From: a virus
IMG/VR virus record: IMGVR_UViG_3300037419_002082
Span: 1 to 64,000 of that record
Length of the DNA: 64,000 nt
Direction: 5' to 3' (one strand)
Positions within the stretch are counted from its first letter, which is position 1. Each line of letters starts with the position of its first letter. Under the pieces are notes generated by a model. That model made no database searches and was not told where the DNA came from. It saw nothing but the letters and a program-made list of their open reading frames with translations. Positions 19,977-30,440 of this stretch are shown piece after piece. The translations under genes and the position numbers were made by a program.

Positions 19977-20918
19977 ATGAGTAAAGAATTTGCTAAACAA
20001 CTACTTGAGCATTATGATAATTTAAAATCAACTGGTCAAATTACTGAAGGTGACGCTACAACTGACCAATATACTGATGCTACATTAGCATTAAATCAGC
20101 CTAAGTTTAACAAAGCTTTAATCGAAAAAGCTACTAACGAACTTATTGCTGCTCAACTTTTTGAAGTTGGTACTATGTCTGGCCCGGTTGAAAAAGCTTT
20201 CGTTGAAGTTTACAATCGTGAGACTGGCGTTACTACTACTGAACTTGCTGAAGGCGGTACTATTCGTCAAGGTAGAACTTCTTACAGCTCTGTAACAATT
20301 GAAGCTGTAGGTTACAAGTTACGTTCAATCTTAACTGCAGAAGCAATTGAAGATGCTCAAAATGCTGGAAATCTTAATATCGTAGCTCGTGCTATTGCTA
20401 ACCTTGCTAAAGATATTACAGAAGAAATTGATGGCAAATTGATGTCATTAATGGTTGCTGGAGCAGCTGCTGGTAACGTTGACGTTTCTAAAGGAGCTTT
20501 GGATGCTAAAACAATTGCTGGTAAAATTGTTGAAGCAATCGTTGATTCAGTTCAAAACGTTAAGAAAAAGAACTACCGTCCAGATTTCGTTCTTGTAGAC
20601 CCAATCATCTTTGGTTACCTTGCTAAATCTGATGAATTCGTTCATGCGGATAAGTATGGCTCTACTGAACTACAACAAACTGGTTTCATGGGTAAGATTC
20701 GTGGATTAGAAGTATTTGAATCTAATAACATGACTGCTAACAAAGCTCTTGTTGGTAAGCGTAAGACTTTCGGAGTTTACAAAGTATATGTTCCAATGAT
20801 GTTCCGTGGTCCAGTTTATGACCCACAAGTTGATAAAGAAACTTATGTAGTTCGTCAACGTTCTGCAATGAAAATTACTGTTGGTGAATCTCTAGCTACA
20901 GTTTCTGTTGTTGCTTAA
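19977..20918 (+). CDS. Major capsid protein (HK97 fold)
   Basis: Position; strong RBS; highly expressed codon bias; 'G.IRGLEVFES'; followed by a terminator. Confidence 0.85.
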   Translation: MSKEFAKQLLEHYDNLKSTGQITEGDATTDQYTDATLALNQPKFNKALIEKATNELIAAQLFEVGTMSGPVEKAFVEVYNRETGVTTTELAEGGTIRQGRTSYSSVTIEAVGYKLRSILTAEAIEDAQNAGNLNIVARAIANLAKDITEEIDGKLMSLMVAGAAAGNVDVSKGALDAKTIAGKIVEAIVDSVQNVKKKNYRPDFVLVDPIIFGYLAKSDEFVHADKYGSTELQQTGFMGKIRGLEVFESNNMTANKALVGKRKTFGVYKVYVPMMFRGPVYDPQVDKETYVVRQRSAMKITVGESLATVSVVA

Positions 20919-20935
20919 TTAAATATAAATTTCAT

Positions 20936-20967
20936 AAAGGGGATAGATTATGTCTATCTCCTTTTTT
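20936..20967 (+). terminator. Intrinsic terminator after the capsid gene
   Basis: AAGGGGATAGA...TCTATCTCCTTTTT. Confidence 0.75.
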
Positions 20968-20984
20968 ATTAGGAGGAAAATTGT

Positions 20985-21236
20985 ATGCATCTTAAAAAAG
21001 GGGATAAAGTAAAATATCTTGGTAATATGCCATATAAATTAGGAAATGAGCAAGAAGTAGAGAAGGAGGGAGATGAATTGATTATCCGTAGTAATGTACA
21101 AGTCCAACAAAATTTCTTTGAAGTAGTTGAAGAAAAGAAAGAAGAAAAAGTAGTAGAACCTGAGTTAAAAGAATCACCAAAGAAAGAAGAAATTAAAAAA
21201 GATAATAAGAAATTAGATAAGAAATCAAAGAAATAA
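20985..21236 (+). CDS. Hypothetical head-associated protein
   Basis: AGGAGG RBS; K/E-rich. Confidence 0.6.
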   Translation: MHLKKGDKVKYLGNMPYKLGNEQEVEKEGDELIIRSNVQVQQNFFEVVEEKKEEKVVEPELKESPKKEEIKKDNKKLDKKSKK

Positions 21237-21302
21237 AATGTTGGATAAGAAATCATGTTCTGTATATTATATTTATACAGAACTTTTTTATGAGGTGATT
21301 AA

Positions 21303-21923
21303 ATGCTAATCCAAGAATTAATATTAGAGCTTCGAAATGTTATTGGTGATAACAACTTAGATGAGCCTAATATTACTGATGACGAACTTAAAACAATTTT
21401 AAGGAACGCTGCAGCAGCTTATAGTAGGCTTAAAAATGTTATTAAAAATGTAGAAATTTCTTATGATAAAACAGAAGACGTTTATGAACTTCCAACTGAT
21501 GCTTATAAAACAAAAAAAGTAGTACTTAAAGAGCTAGGAATTTTCCTTAATTTCACTGATAATCTAACTCAGATAATTTTAGAAACTCTCCCTGATGCTG
21601 ATTCTGGGACACTCAAGATAACATATAGTAGATATTTTTCTCCTGAAGAGGTTGACGAAAGAGAGCTAGATATTTACTTTATATGTGCTGAAGCTCTATG
21701 TTATAAATTAATGGCTTCTAAAACAGCAGATTTAATTAAATTTAGTACTGGTGAAAAAATTGTTGATGAAAGCTTAATTTCTGAAAAGTATTTAAAATTA
21801 TATAAAGAAACAGAAAAATTATTTAAAAGTAAAGTTGTTAAAGCTTATGGCAAGAGATATAATAATGTATTGGAAAATTTAGACTACAATTTACCCTATC
21901 CACCAATAGGTGAGCAGCCATGA
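21303..21923 (+). CDS. Putative head-tail adaptor
   Basis: Synteny; 'LR..IGD....' start typical of adaptors. Confidence 0.55.
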   Translation: MLIQELILELRNVIGDNNLDEPNITDDELKTILRNAAAAYSRLKNVIKNVEISYDKTEDVYELPTDAYKTKKVVLKELGIFLNFTDNLTQIILETLPDADSGTLKITYSRYFSPEEVDERELDIYFICAEALCYKLMASKTADLIKFSTGEKIVDESLISEKYLKLYKETEKLFKSKVVKAYGKRYNNVLENLDYNLPYPPIGEQP

Positions 21924-22333
21924 AAAAGAAAACTTATGATAGGTTAATAAAAAAGATACATGATATTAACTTAGGTATTATGGGAACATCAATAAGAATT
22001 AAAAGATTGCTTCCTTTAAATCAACAAACAAATTATAATGCTGTTTTAAGAGAATGGTATGGACCAAAACAATGGGAGGTTGTTATTGAAACTAAAGGAG
22101 AAATTGATGCTTTTAAAGAAAGTGAAGACTGGAAAGAAATTGGTACAGTTAGCATTCATGATTATAAATGTAAAATAAATGATAATCTTGGATTAGTAAT
22201 GGATGATATAACTAATTATATTGTCGAAAGATTAGACAATAATAAGCATTACGAAATTATCTTCTACCGAGAATTTATTGGAGAAGTACATTTAGGTTTA
22301 AGGCCGGTGATGGGCAATGGGAATAACATTTAG
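21920..22333 (+). CDS. Putative head-closure protein
   Basis: Synteny. Confidence 0.45.
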   Translation: MKKKTYDRLIKKIHDINLGIMGTSIRIKRLLPLNQQTNYNAVLREWYGPKQWEVVIETKGEIDAFKESEDWKEIGTVSIHDYKCKINDNLGLVMDDITNYIVERLDNNKHYEIIFYREFIGEVHLGLRPVMGNGNNI

Positions 22334-22796
22334 AATTACTGGTGATAGAGAATTAGCTTTATATTTAGGTAAGATTGCTAAAAATATTAAGCCTAATGCT
22401 TTAAAAGGACTTAATAAAATTGGTGACCATTTACAGAAAGAAGTTAAAGCTAAATTTGGAAATTATCAAGCAGGGTGGCCTAAATTAAAAAGAGCTTCAG
22501 TTATTGCTAAATATAAAAGAAGAGGTCTTGGCGGTGGAGCATCAAGAGGTGGAGCATCTTTTGCTTCTGGTCCTGACGACCCACTAGTATTATTTGGAAA
22601 TTTAAAGGATAGTATTGAAAAAGAATTACACACAAGCTCAATGGAAGTAGAAGTTTATTCTGACAATATTTATTCAGCAGTACATGAATATGGTTATAAA
22701 CATGTACCAGCAAGAAGCTATATGAGATTAACATTATCACAAGAAACACAAGAAGTTGTAGATATTATGGATAATGAAATAGGGAGAACTATTTAA
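22317..22796 (+). CDS. Neck/virion morphogenesis protein (Mu gpG/HK97 gp10-like)
   Basis: 'WPKLK', 'GNLKDSI', 'YSAVHEYG..HVPARSYM'. Confidence 0.75.
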   Translation: MGITFRITGDRELALYLGKIAKNIKPNALKGLNKIGDHLQKEVKAKFGNYQAGWPKLKRASVIAKYKRRGLGGGASRGGASFASGPDDPLVLFGNLKDSIEKELHTSSMEVEVYSDNIYSAVHEYGYKHVPARSYMRLTLSQETQEVVDIMDNEIGRTI

Positions 22797-22810
22797 TAGG
22801 AGGTGATTAC

Positions 22811-23395
22811 ATGGCTAAATCCCCTGTTATAGAATTAATGGATTATAATGTTTTAATGTCTTTACTTAACTATTTCTCAGATGCAGTCAAAGATATTAAA
22901 ATACATGATAAATCAATTAATGTTTATCAATCTTACTCCGATAAACATATGCCTTACGTGTCACCTGCAATATCTTTAGAATTGCTACACAGAAAAAATA
23001 GGTCAATTGGCTTTAGTAATTTTTTATATGAATCAGATGGAGAAAATGGTTTTCTAGAATTTGAGGGTGTAATACTAGAGTATATGGTTCAATTAAATGT
23101 ATACTCTAATACAAGAGGGGAAATTCATAAATGGTGTTCTATTATAGACACCATTTTGAAAAATGGTGAGTCAGGAATACCATTAAATACCTATAATAAT
23201 AATGGCAGTATTAAATTAGCTGCCGCCGGTGTATTAGATTATGAGTACGATGAAGTTAAAAACAATAATCTAATTCCAAATGTTATTACGTCAGATTTTC
23301 ATACTATTTTTGATGTAAAAATAACAGCAGTTCAACAGTATTCAGATACTTATGATATTGCTGAACTTGGAGATATTATTGGAAATTTAAAATGA
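22811..23395 (+). CDS. Putative tail terminator/completion protein
   Basis: Synteny before the sheath gene. Confidence 0.5.
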   Translation: MAKSPVIELMDYNVLMSLLNYFSDAVKDIKIHDKSINVYQSYSDKHMPYVSPAISLELLHRKNRSIGFSNFLYESDGENGFLEFEGVILEYMVQLNVYSNTRGEIHKWCSIIDTILKNGESGIPLNTYNNNGSIKLAAAGVLDYEYDEVKNNNLIPNVITSDFHTIFDVKITAVQQYSDTYDIAELGDIIGNLK

Positions 23396-23406
23396 GGTGA
23401 AATTAA

Positions 23407-24486
23407 ATGGCAAGTGATAAAATACCTGGAGTCTATTCCAATATTGATGCTAGTGCTGCTTTAAAATCTATCAGCGCTAATGATTATGTTATTGGTATCA
23501 TTGCTAAAGGTACTACAGATGATACTTCTCTTGGCTTAATTAATAAAGCATATGCACCAACTTCTTTTGAAGATGCTAAATTAAAATATGGCGCTACTTC
23601 TAACATTGTAAAAATTATGAGTACTGCAATTGATAATGGTGGTACTAAATTTATTGTAGTGCGTGTTAATGAAACTCCTTCTGTTAACTATCCAGCTGCT
23701 TTGGCTGTTTCAGAATTAGAAGAAGCAATTGATATTATTGTTACTGATGCAGTAACCCCTACAACTTTTGCAGATATTAAAACTAGCGTTAATAGCGCAT
23801 CTGCAGATAGAAAAGAACGTATTGCAGTTGTTGGATTTGACGTTAATACAGATATTACTACTGTACAAACTTCTACAATTTCAATTAACTCTAACAGAGT
23901 AGTTACAGCATATCCAAACTTATTGGATAAGAATGGCGCGGAATTATCTGGTATGTATACAGCTGCTGCAGTGGCTGGTCAATTAGCTGCAGAACAAGAC
24001 CCATCAATGCCATTAACTGGTGTAGAGCTTGTTGGTTTCTATGGCGTAGCTAAGAAATTAAAAGTAACAGAAATGGAATCTTTAATTGATGCTGGTGTTG
24101 TTCCATTAGAAGCAAAAAATGGAGCTATTCGTATTGTTCGTTGTATTACAACTTATACAAAGAATGCTCAAAGCATTGCCGATATTACATGGCAAGAAGT
24201 TACAACTACAAGAATTTCTGATTACGTTTTCAAAGATATGAGAGACGGATTAGGCATTAAATTTGGAAGAGCAAAGCAAAATAAAGATACTCGTGATGCT
24301 ATTCGTTCTGAAGTTATGTCACGCCTAATTAAATATCAAGAATTAGAATACATTGAAAATGTAAAGGATACTGATGTTACGATTACAATTAACCCTACAA
24401 ATCCTTTACGAAATGATGTTAGTTTTAAATATGATGTTACTGGTCCGTTAAATGTTATTAATTTAACTGGTTACCTAGTAATTTAA
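23407..24486 (+). CDS. Tail sheath protein
   Basis: 'IPGVY', 'AAAVAG', 'RIVRCITT', 'TRISDY'. Confidence 0.88.
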   Translation: MASDKIPGVYSNIDASAALKSISANDYVIGIIAKGTTDDTSLGLINKAYAPTSFEDAKLKYGATSNIVKIMSTAIDNGGTKFIVVRVNETPSVNYPAALAVSELEEAIDIIVTDAVTPTTFADIKTSVNSASADRKERIAVVGFDVNTDITTVQTSTISINSNRVVTAYPNLLDKNGAELSGMYTAAAVAGQLAAEQDPSMPLTGVELVGFYGVAKKLKVTEMESLIDAGVVPLEAKNGAIRIVRCITTYTKNAQSIADITWQEVTTTRISDYVFKDMRDGLGIKFGRAKQNKDTRDAIRSEVMSRLIKYQELEYIENVKDTDVTITINPTNPLRNDVSFKYDVTGPLNVINLTGYLVI

Positions 24487-24499
24487 GGGGTGATAATAG

Positions 24500-24886
24500 A
24501 TGTCTACAATTTTTCCTTCAAGTAAAGATGTTTACTTTGAGATAAATGGTAAGAAAGTTGCTGTAGTTCAAAGCTACAACACTTCTTATTCAAAAGAAGA
24601 TAGAGAAGTTGATGCTTTTGGTCAAGCAGACCCAGTAGGTTTTACTCCTGGTAAAAAAGCTTATACTATTCGTATTTCTAAAGCTTATATTACAGATAAA
24701 GCTATTGCTGATGGAATTAGCTTCTACACTTTAGATAACTTTGAATTTGTTATCGTAAAACCAGATAAGCGTATTGTTTATACTGGCTGCTCCATTACTT
24801 CTATTGAAGAAGAAGGTTCATTGAATGATGTAATCGCTGAAAATGTTTCAATCCGTGCTGCAAAACGCCGTGAAGATAAGCGTTAA
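24500..24886 (+). CDS. Tail tube protein
   Basis: Follows sheath; beta-rich 128 aa. Confidence 0.75.
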   Translation: MSTIFPSSKDVYFEINGKKVAVVQSYNTSYSKEDREVDAFGQADPVGFTPGKKAYTIRISKAYITDKAIADGISFYTLDNFEFVIVKPDKRIVYTGCSITSIEEEGSLNDVIAENVSIRAAKRREDKR

Positions 24887-24906
24887 TTAAAAGGAGGATA
24901 TAGAGA

Positions 24907-25371
24907 ATGAATACCTTACAAAGATTAAAACAAGGAAAGAAAAATTCTAAATTAGTCAACTTTCCTGGAACGGAAGAAAAAGTCGCTTTAGTTATTTTAC
25001 CGTCTAATGAAATATCTGATGCTACTATTAAGGCAGAAGATTATATTAAACAACATAATATTGTGGATGAGGACGATATTTCAATCGTAAATCAAGCTTT
25101 TCTTGTATATAAAGCTTTACGAGATAAAGATGATTTAAAGAAGCCTCTAGCTGATTCATTTGAGGAATTTTATTCTACTTTAGATAATCTTGAAATTCAG
25201 TATTTCATGGTAGAATATAGTTTGCTTACAAATGAATCTAGCCCATTCCTAAATGCTGTTTCGGAAGAGACATTTGAGGAACTAAAAAAAACGCTAGAGA
25301 AAATCAAGTTGAGCGATTTAAGTGGTCCATCCTTAATAAGTTTGCGAAACTTCCTACTGACCCTTGTGTAG
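24907..25371 (+). CDS. Tail assembly chaperone (gpG-like)
   Basis: Between tube and tape measure; contains a slippery site. Confidence 0.75.
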   Translation: MNTLQRLKQGKKNSKLVNFPGTEEKVALVILPSNEISDATIKAEDYIKQHNIVDEDDISIVNQAFLVYKALRDKDDLKKPLADSFEEFYSTLDNLEIQYFMVEYSLLTNESSPFLNAVSEETFEELKKTLEKIKLSDLSGPSLISLRNFLLTLV

Positions 25372-25574
25372 AAGCAATGACAGAAGGGCAGTGGATATGG
25401 ATGATGATTCATATGTCATTAGATAATGAAGAGCAGCTTGAAAAAATTTGTAAGCCATGTCAAGAAAAAGCTAAAGAAGACAGATGTACTAGCTGTAATA
25501 CTTTATTAGACATAGAAGTAAATCCTAACTTTGATGAATCATTATTTGAAAAACTGAAAAAACAAGCAACATAA
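25284..25574 (+). CDS. Tail assembly chaperone gpT-like extension reached by -1 frameshift
   Basis: A AAA AAA at 25284-25290; the -1 frame reads NARENQVERFKWSILNKFAKLPTDPCVEAMTEGQW... without stops into ORF 25377-25574. Confidence 0.75.
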   Translation, partial: KKNARENQVERFKWSILNKFAKLPTDPCVEAMTEGQWIWMMIHMSLDNEEQLEKICKPCQEKAKEDRCTSCNTLLDIEVNPNFDESLFEKLKKQAT

Positions 25575-25575
25575 A

Positions 25576-25606
25576 AATAGCCCTAGAGTTTTCTAGGGCT
25601 TTTGTT
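25576..25606 (+). terminator. Intrinsic terminator
   Basis: AGCCCTAG-AGTTTT-CTAGGGCT followed by a T-rich tail. Confidence 0.65.
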
Positions 25607-25624
25607 TAAGAAAGAGGTGAAATT

Positions 25625-28435
25625 ATGGCCAGCTCTAATCATAAAGTTTCGATAGTTGTGGGTGTAAAAGATTTAGCATCTAAGTCTTTAAGAAATATCC
25701 AAAATGCAATGAATCATATGGGTAATCACTCTGGTTCATTTATGAGTGCCTTTAATAGAAATTTAGATGGCGCTATTAGTAGAATGGATAGATTAGCCAA
25801 TTCTATGTATAAATTTAATATGTATACCTCCTCACTGCAAAGAAATTTAAGGAATGTAACTATGATTGGTGGAGCAGTTGCAGGAGGTTTAGCTGTTCAA
25901 GGGACACAAAAAGCTCTAGACTATGATTATAAAACTAGAGTAATGCAATCCCGTATGGAAACATCTAATTCTGTAAGAAAGCAAATTTCTGATTACGTTT
26001 TAAATGATTTAAGCTTAAAAACTGCCTATAGACCTACTGAAATTGCTGATATGGGTATTATCTTAGGTCAAGGTGGTATTAATAATGCAAAAGATATGAA
26101 GTCAATGATGAAAACTGTTTCATTCTTCTCTGAAGCAGTAGACGCTATTCCAGAACAAGCTGCTGAGATGGTTATTTCTGCTGCTAAAGGTTTTGGTATT
26201 AGTATGCAAAATTCTGGACAGATTACAGATAAATTAACTATAGCATTAAATAAATCATTACTACATGTTGAAGAATTACCTCATGCAATCGGTGAATTAG
26301 CAGGTAGAGCAAACCAATATGGTCAGTCATTTGACTCATCTTTAACAGCATTAATGACAATGAGAGACCAAGGTATGTCAGCAGCTCAAGGCTCACAGGA
26401 CTTCCTACATGCTCTACAATCTGCATCTAAGATTGGTAATGATACTGTTCTATATAAAAGAACCAAGAGTTATTTTACAAGCTTAGGTGTAACAGATGGT
26501 ATTTTTAATAAAGACACAAGACAATTAAAAGAATATCCAGAATTAATTGCTGATATGGAAAAAGCAATGATTAATCAAGGGTATATTAATCCTAAATATA
26601 AAAAGGGAATTACTGATGAAAAGACTTTCCATGACTTCTTAGCAAAAAATGGCGGTGTAGCTCCTAAAGATTTCTGGGACTCTCAAAAAGCCATGCCGTT
26701 AATCTCTAAAGTATTTGGAGCAGCAGGTACAGCCCCTATCCTTATGGGTCTACAATCTAAATATGAAGAAGTAAATAAGGAGACAGGAGAAAAGACTGGT
26801 AAGGTTTATTATGGAGCAGATGCTCTAAGACAAATGTATAAAGATGTAAAAAATTCAGATGGGGCAGTAAATGATACTCATAAAATTATTGCAGAATCTG
26901 GTGCTTACCAATTAAAAGTTTTAAGTGGGGCATGGGATGCAGCTCAAATTAAATTAATGGATGGAATGGTTCCATTAATTAAAACTGGTGCTGAAGCATT
27001 GACAAAAGTATTTAACCCAGGAAAGAAAGAAGCAAGCAGAGAACCTGGACAGCCACTTAATATGGAAGATTATGAACCATATAAAAGTCCTTTTACTACA
27101 GTTAGAGAGGCTTTAAAAGAAACTGTTAAAGGATATAAAAATACTGGGCATCCATTTATAGCTGGTACTTTAGATACTGTTGGTAATGCTGCAATTAATG
27201 GAGCTCAAATTTCAACAACAATGCCTTCAGTAGCAAAGCAAATTGGCGGTGCCTTTAGTAAAGATATAGTAAAAGCGGATTGGGGAGATAGCTTAATTGA
27301 ATTTCCATGGCATATTGTAAAGAATGGTATTAAATTTGTTTCTGACATTGTTAAAGCTAATAAAGATTTCGACGATGCTGTTAAAGAATTGCCTGAAAAT
27401 TTACAAGACCCAGCAAAATTAATGGAAGGTATTATAAAAGGCGGCATAGTTTTAATGGTTACTGGTGCTGTAATTAAAACCATTGAGCTAGGCGTTAGAG
27501 GCGTTTCTTTGGCAATGAAAGGTACAAAAATAGCAACATCATTAACAGAAAGTATTTTAGGTTTATTTACTGGTAAGAAAGATGGCAAAGGTGGAGGCCT
27601 ATCAAAATTACTAGGTAATAATATGGCTATTAAAGCTAATATAGTTAATGTTTATGGAACCGCTGTTAATGGAGGAGCTGGTGCAGCTGGTGCCGGGGCA
27701 AGAACAGCAGGTGCTGCTGGAACTGCAGCTACAGCAGGAAGTGCTGCATCTAAAATAGGAAGAGTTGCAAGTTTTGGTCTTAGATACGGTGGCCCAATTG
27801 CAATAGGAGCTGACCTTGTTTCTGGGGCATTAGGCGGGCCTAGTTTTATAAAAAGTGCAGCACAATCTAAGTATAATCCTTTAAATCCTCATACAGAAGA
27901 AAAAATAAATGAAATGCATAAAATATTAAAAGACCCTTCTAAAGCTAATACTGGAAAGAAACAAGCAGAAATAGTTCCAGAGTCTAATTTCTTTAAGCCT
28001 AAAGCAAATACAGATAAAGGTGGCAATATTACTTCATCCGGTACTTTAGGTTCTGGAAGCTGGAAACCAGTTATTGATGATTTAAAAGGAGCTGTTAATA
28101 AATTTACTAATTTATTTCCAAAAGGAAAATCAGAAAAAGAACAACAAGCAGAAGCTGGAAAAATAGTAGAGGCTGCAAAATCTGGTTCGTTAGTAATTAA
28201 TAGTTCAATTTTAGATGGTTTTTCCCAAGCAAATAGTAAATTACAAAATATTAAATTACAAAATGCTGTTAGTGTAGTAGTACAACCACCTCAAGTAAAT
28301 GTATCCGGTAATATAGATTCTATTTTGAAAGTAAAATCCCAAGGCTCTTCTAGTTTCTCTTCAAGAGCAGAACAAGGTGGAACAGCATGGGATAGAATGC
28401 AAGCTTTAAATCAAAGAAGAAATGGCTGGAGGTAA
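25625..28435 (+). CDS. Tape measure protein (TP901-like core)
   Basis: Long helical A/G-rich protein after the chaperone. Confidence 0.85.
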   Translation: MASSNHKVSIVVGVKDLASKSLRNIQNAMNHMGNHSGSFMSAFNRNLDGAISRMDRLANSMYKFNMYTSSLQRNLRNVTMIGGAVAGGLAVQGTQKALDYDYKTRVMQSRMETSNSVRKQISDYVLNDLSLKTAYRPTEIADMGIILGQGGINNAKDMKSMMKTVSFFSEAVDAIPEQAAEMVISAAKGFGISMQNSGQITDKLTIALNKSLLHVEELPHAIGELAGRANQYGQSFDSSLTALMTMRDQGMSAAQGSQDFLHALQSASKIGNDTVLYKRTKSYFTSLGVTDGIFNKDTRQLKEYPELIADMEKAMINQGYINPKYKKGITDEKTFHDFLAKNGGVAPKDFWDSQKAMPLISKVFGAAGTAPILMGLQSKYEEVNKETGEKTGKVYYGADALRQMYKDVKNSDGAVNDTHKIIAESGAYQLKVLSGAWDAAQIKLMDGMVPLIKTGAEALTKVFNPGKKEASREPGQPLNMEDYEPYKSPFTTVREALKETVKGYKNTGHPFIAGTLDTVGNAAINGAQISTTMPSVAKQIGGAFSKDIVKADWGDSLIEFPWHIVKNGIKFVSDIVKANKDFDDAVKELPENLQDPAKLMEGIIKGGIVLMVTGAVIKTIELGVRGVSLAMKGTKIATSLTESILGLFTGKKDGKGGGLSKLLGNNMAIKANIVNVYGTAVNGGAGAAGAGARTAGAAGTAATAGSAASKIGRVASFGLRYGGPIAIGADLVSGALGGPSFIKSAAQSKYNPLNPHTEEKINEMHKILKDPSKANTGKKQAEIVPESNFFKPKANTDKGGNITSSGTLGSGSWKPVIDDLKGAVNKFTNLFPKGKSEKEQQAEAGKIVEAAKSGSLVINSSILDGFSQANSKLQNIKLQNAVSVVVQPPQVNVSGNIDSILKVKSQGSSSFSSRAEQGGTAWDRMQALNQRRNGWR

Positions 28436-28440
28436 GATAA

Positions 28441-29394
28441 ATGGCAAATGGTTCTATGAGATACACTACTGTATCTGGTAAAAGCTTTACATGGCCAAAT
28501 AATCCTACAACATGTATCTTATCCAATGAGAAAAGGGTAATTAAACATCAATTTCCAGATATTGATGGAGCAGAACTCGAAGAACTAGGTATGGAGCCAA
28601 CTACCGTATCTGGTTCTGGAGTTTTATTTGGTCCAAATGCTTATTCTGATTGGGTTCAATTAAATAAAATGTTTATGGATAAGGGCTTAGGATTGTTATG
28701 GCATCCTAACTGGGGCTCTTTTACAAGAATGAGGTTTACAAAACTTAATGCTAAACAAGAGCCTTTACCAGATTATGTAGAATATGATTATGAATTTATA
28801 GAAAGTAGAGAAATAAATTTAATGTCAAGAATAGTAGAAAGCGGCTGGTTAAATGTAAATGGTAATTGGTATTACTATAAAGGCTTTAAACCAGTAACAA
28901 ATAACTGGGCTCAGGATAAGAAAGGTTTATGGTATTACCTTGGTGCAGATGGAGCTATGGTTACAAATCAATGGGTTGCTTGGAAAGGTAAATGGTATTT
29001 TTTAAAAGCTGATGGCGTTATGGCAGCTAATCAATGGGTATTATGGAAAAATAAATGGTATTTCTTAAAAACAAATGGAATGATGGCTGCTAATGAATGG
29101 ATTACATGGAAGGGTGTTAAATATTATCTTGGCCCTGATGGAGTTTGGGACGAAAAGGCAGATAAAAGTAAAGTAACATCATCTAATTCTACTACTACTA
29201 CTGCTAATCCATCTACGGGTTCTAATAGTAGTGTTAGATATTATACTACTGTTAAAGGTGATACTTTAGGTTCTATAGCTAAAAAATATTATGGTGATGC
29301 TAGTAAATGGAGAAAGATAGCAGATGCAAATAAAAATATAATTAAAAATCCTAACATTATTAGTGTTGGATGGAAATTAGTTATTCCATATTAA
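28441..29394 (+). CDS. Tail tube initiator/baseplate protein with cell-wall-binding repeats and LysM
   Basis: 'WYYLGADGAM' repeats; LysM 'YTTVKGDTLGSIAKKYYGD...NPNII'. Confidence 0.8.
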   Translation: MANGSMRYTTVSGKSFTWPNNPTTCILSNEKRVIKHQFPDIDGAELEELGMEPTTVSGSGVLFGPNAYSDWVQLNKMFMDKGLGLLWHPNWGSFTRMRFTKLNAKQEPLPDYVEYDYEFIESREINLMSRIVESGWLNVNGNWYYYKGFKPVTNNWAQDKKGLWYYLGADGAMVTNQWVAWKGKWYFLKADGVMAANQWVLWKNKWYFLKTNGMMAANEWITWKGVKYYLGPDGVWDEKADKSKVTSSNSTTTTANPSTGSNSSVRYYTTVKGDTLGSIAKKYYGDASKWRKIADANKNIIKNPNIISVGWKLVIPY

Positions 29395-29406
29395 AAAGGT
29401 GATTAT

Positions 29407-30429
29407 ATGAGCGGTGAATATATAGTTCTTAAATCAACAACAGCAGGTACTAGCTATAGAATAAATACATTAAAAAGCTATAGAATTGAACAGTCTATGG
29501 AAGTACCTGCAGATTCTTTTGAATTTATTATTGGTAATCCAGGATATAGAGCATCTACTTTAATTTCAGCAGGAGATAAATTAGAATTTTGGATAAATGA
29601 TAAGCTAGCATTGGAGGGTTATATTGACGACCTGGACTTTGAATATACTAATGATAGCAACGATTTAAGAATAACTGGAAGAGATAACATGGCTGTATTA
29701 TTAGATAATGATGCTAGCCCAGCTACTTATAATAAATTAGGTTTAAATGATTATCTTGGAAAAATATTACCAAAATATAATATGGGATATTATTCCAGTG
29801 ACAACGTTAAAATTGATAAAATAACAGTATCACCTGGTGAAAATGAATATAGTATTATTGAAAGATTAAGCAAAGAGAAAAATTTAATTCCAATGTATGA
29901 TGTAGAACAGAAAAAATTATATTGTATAAAGCCAATTTCTACTACTACTCCATCATATTTATTTAGTAATACAATACCTGGAGCTATTAGGATTTTAGAC
30001 TGTCAGATAAGCATTAGTGCTGACATTAAGAATGAAGTTATAGTATATGGTGGTGATTTTGAAAAAAATAAGAATATTAAAGGTACCTATGTTGACAAAT
30101 ATCTTTCAATTAAAAAAAGAAGAATATTGAATGAATCAGAAATAGAGACTGTTTCTGGGGCTAATAAAAGAGCTATGGAAGAATTTTATAGTATAAATAA
30201 AAATGCATTGGCCGTAACAATTACAACTACAACAAAGATGCCTATTTATACTAATAAATGTGCTATGGTATCCATAGAAAAAATGGGATTTGAAGCAAGA
30301 TTATTAGTTGACTCTGTCACTTATAATAAGAGCGAAGGTGGAACTTTAACAACTATAGTTTTAAAATTAATGCCTGGAGTAGGTGTTAGCTATAAAGCAA
30401 ATGATATTCCTATATTGCCTAAGCTTTAA
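29407..30429 (+). CDS. Baseplate hub protein (Mu gp44/XkdQ-like)
   Basis: 'PADSF', 'GYIDD', 'ITGRD...LLD'. Confidence 0.75.
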   Translation: MSGEYIVLKSTTAGTSYRINTLKSYRIEQSMEVPADSFEFIIGNPGYRASTLISAGDKLEFWINDKLALEGYIDDLDFEYTNDSNDLRITGRDNMAVLLDNDASPATYNKLGLNDYLGKILPKYNMGYYSSDNVKIDKITVSPGENEYSIIERLSKEKNLIPMYDVEQKKLYCIKPISTTTPSYLFSNTIPGAIRILDCQISISADIKNEVIVYGGDFEKNKNIKGTYVDKYLSIKKRRILNESEIETVSGANKRAMEEFYSINKNALAVTITTTTKMPIYTNKCAMVSIEKMGFEARLLVDSVTYNKSEGGTLTTIVLKLMPGVGVSYKANDIPILPKL

Positions 30430-30440
30430 GGTGGGATTAT

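Noticed and set aside
28830-29150. Regularly spaced repeats resembling a CRISPR array
   Set aside because: They are degenerate in-frame cell-wall-binding peptide repeats, not identical DNA repeats with spacers. No cas genes or array were seen in the window.
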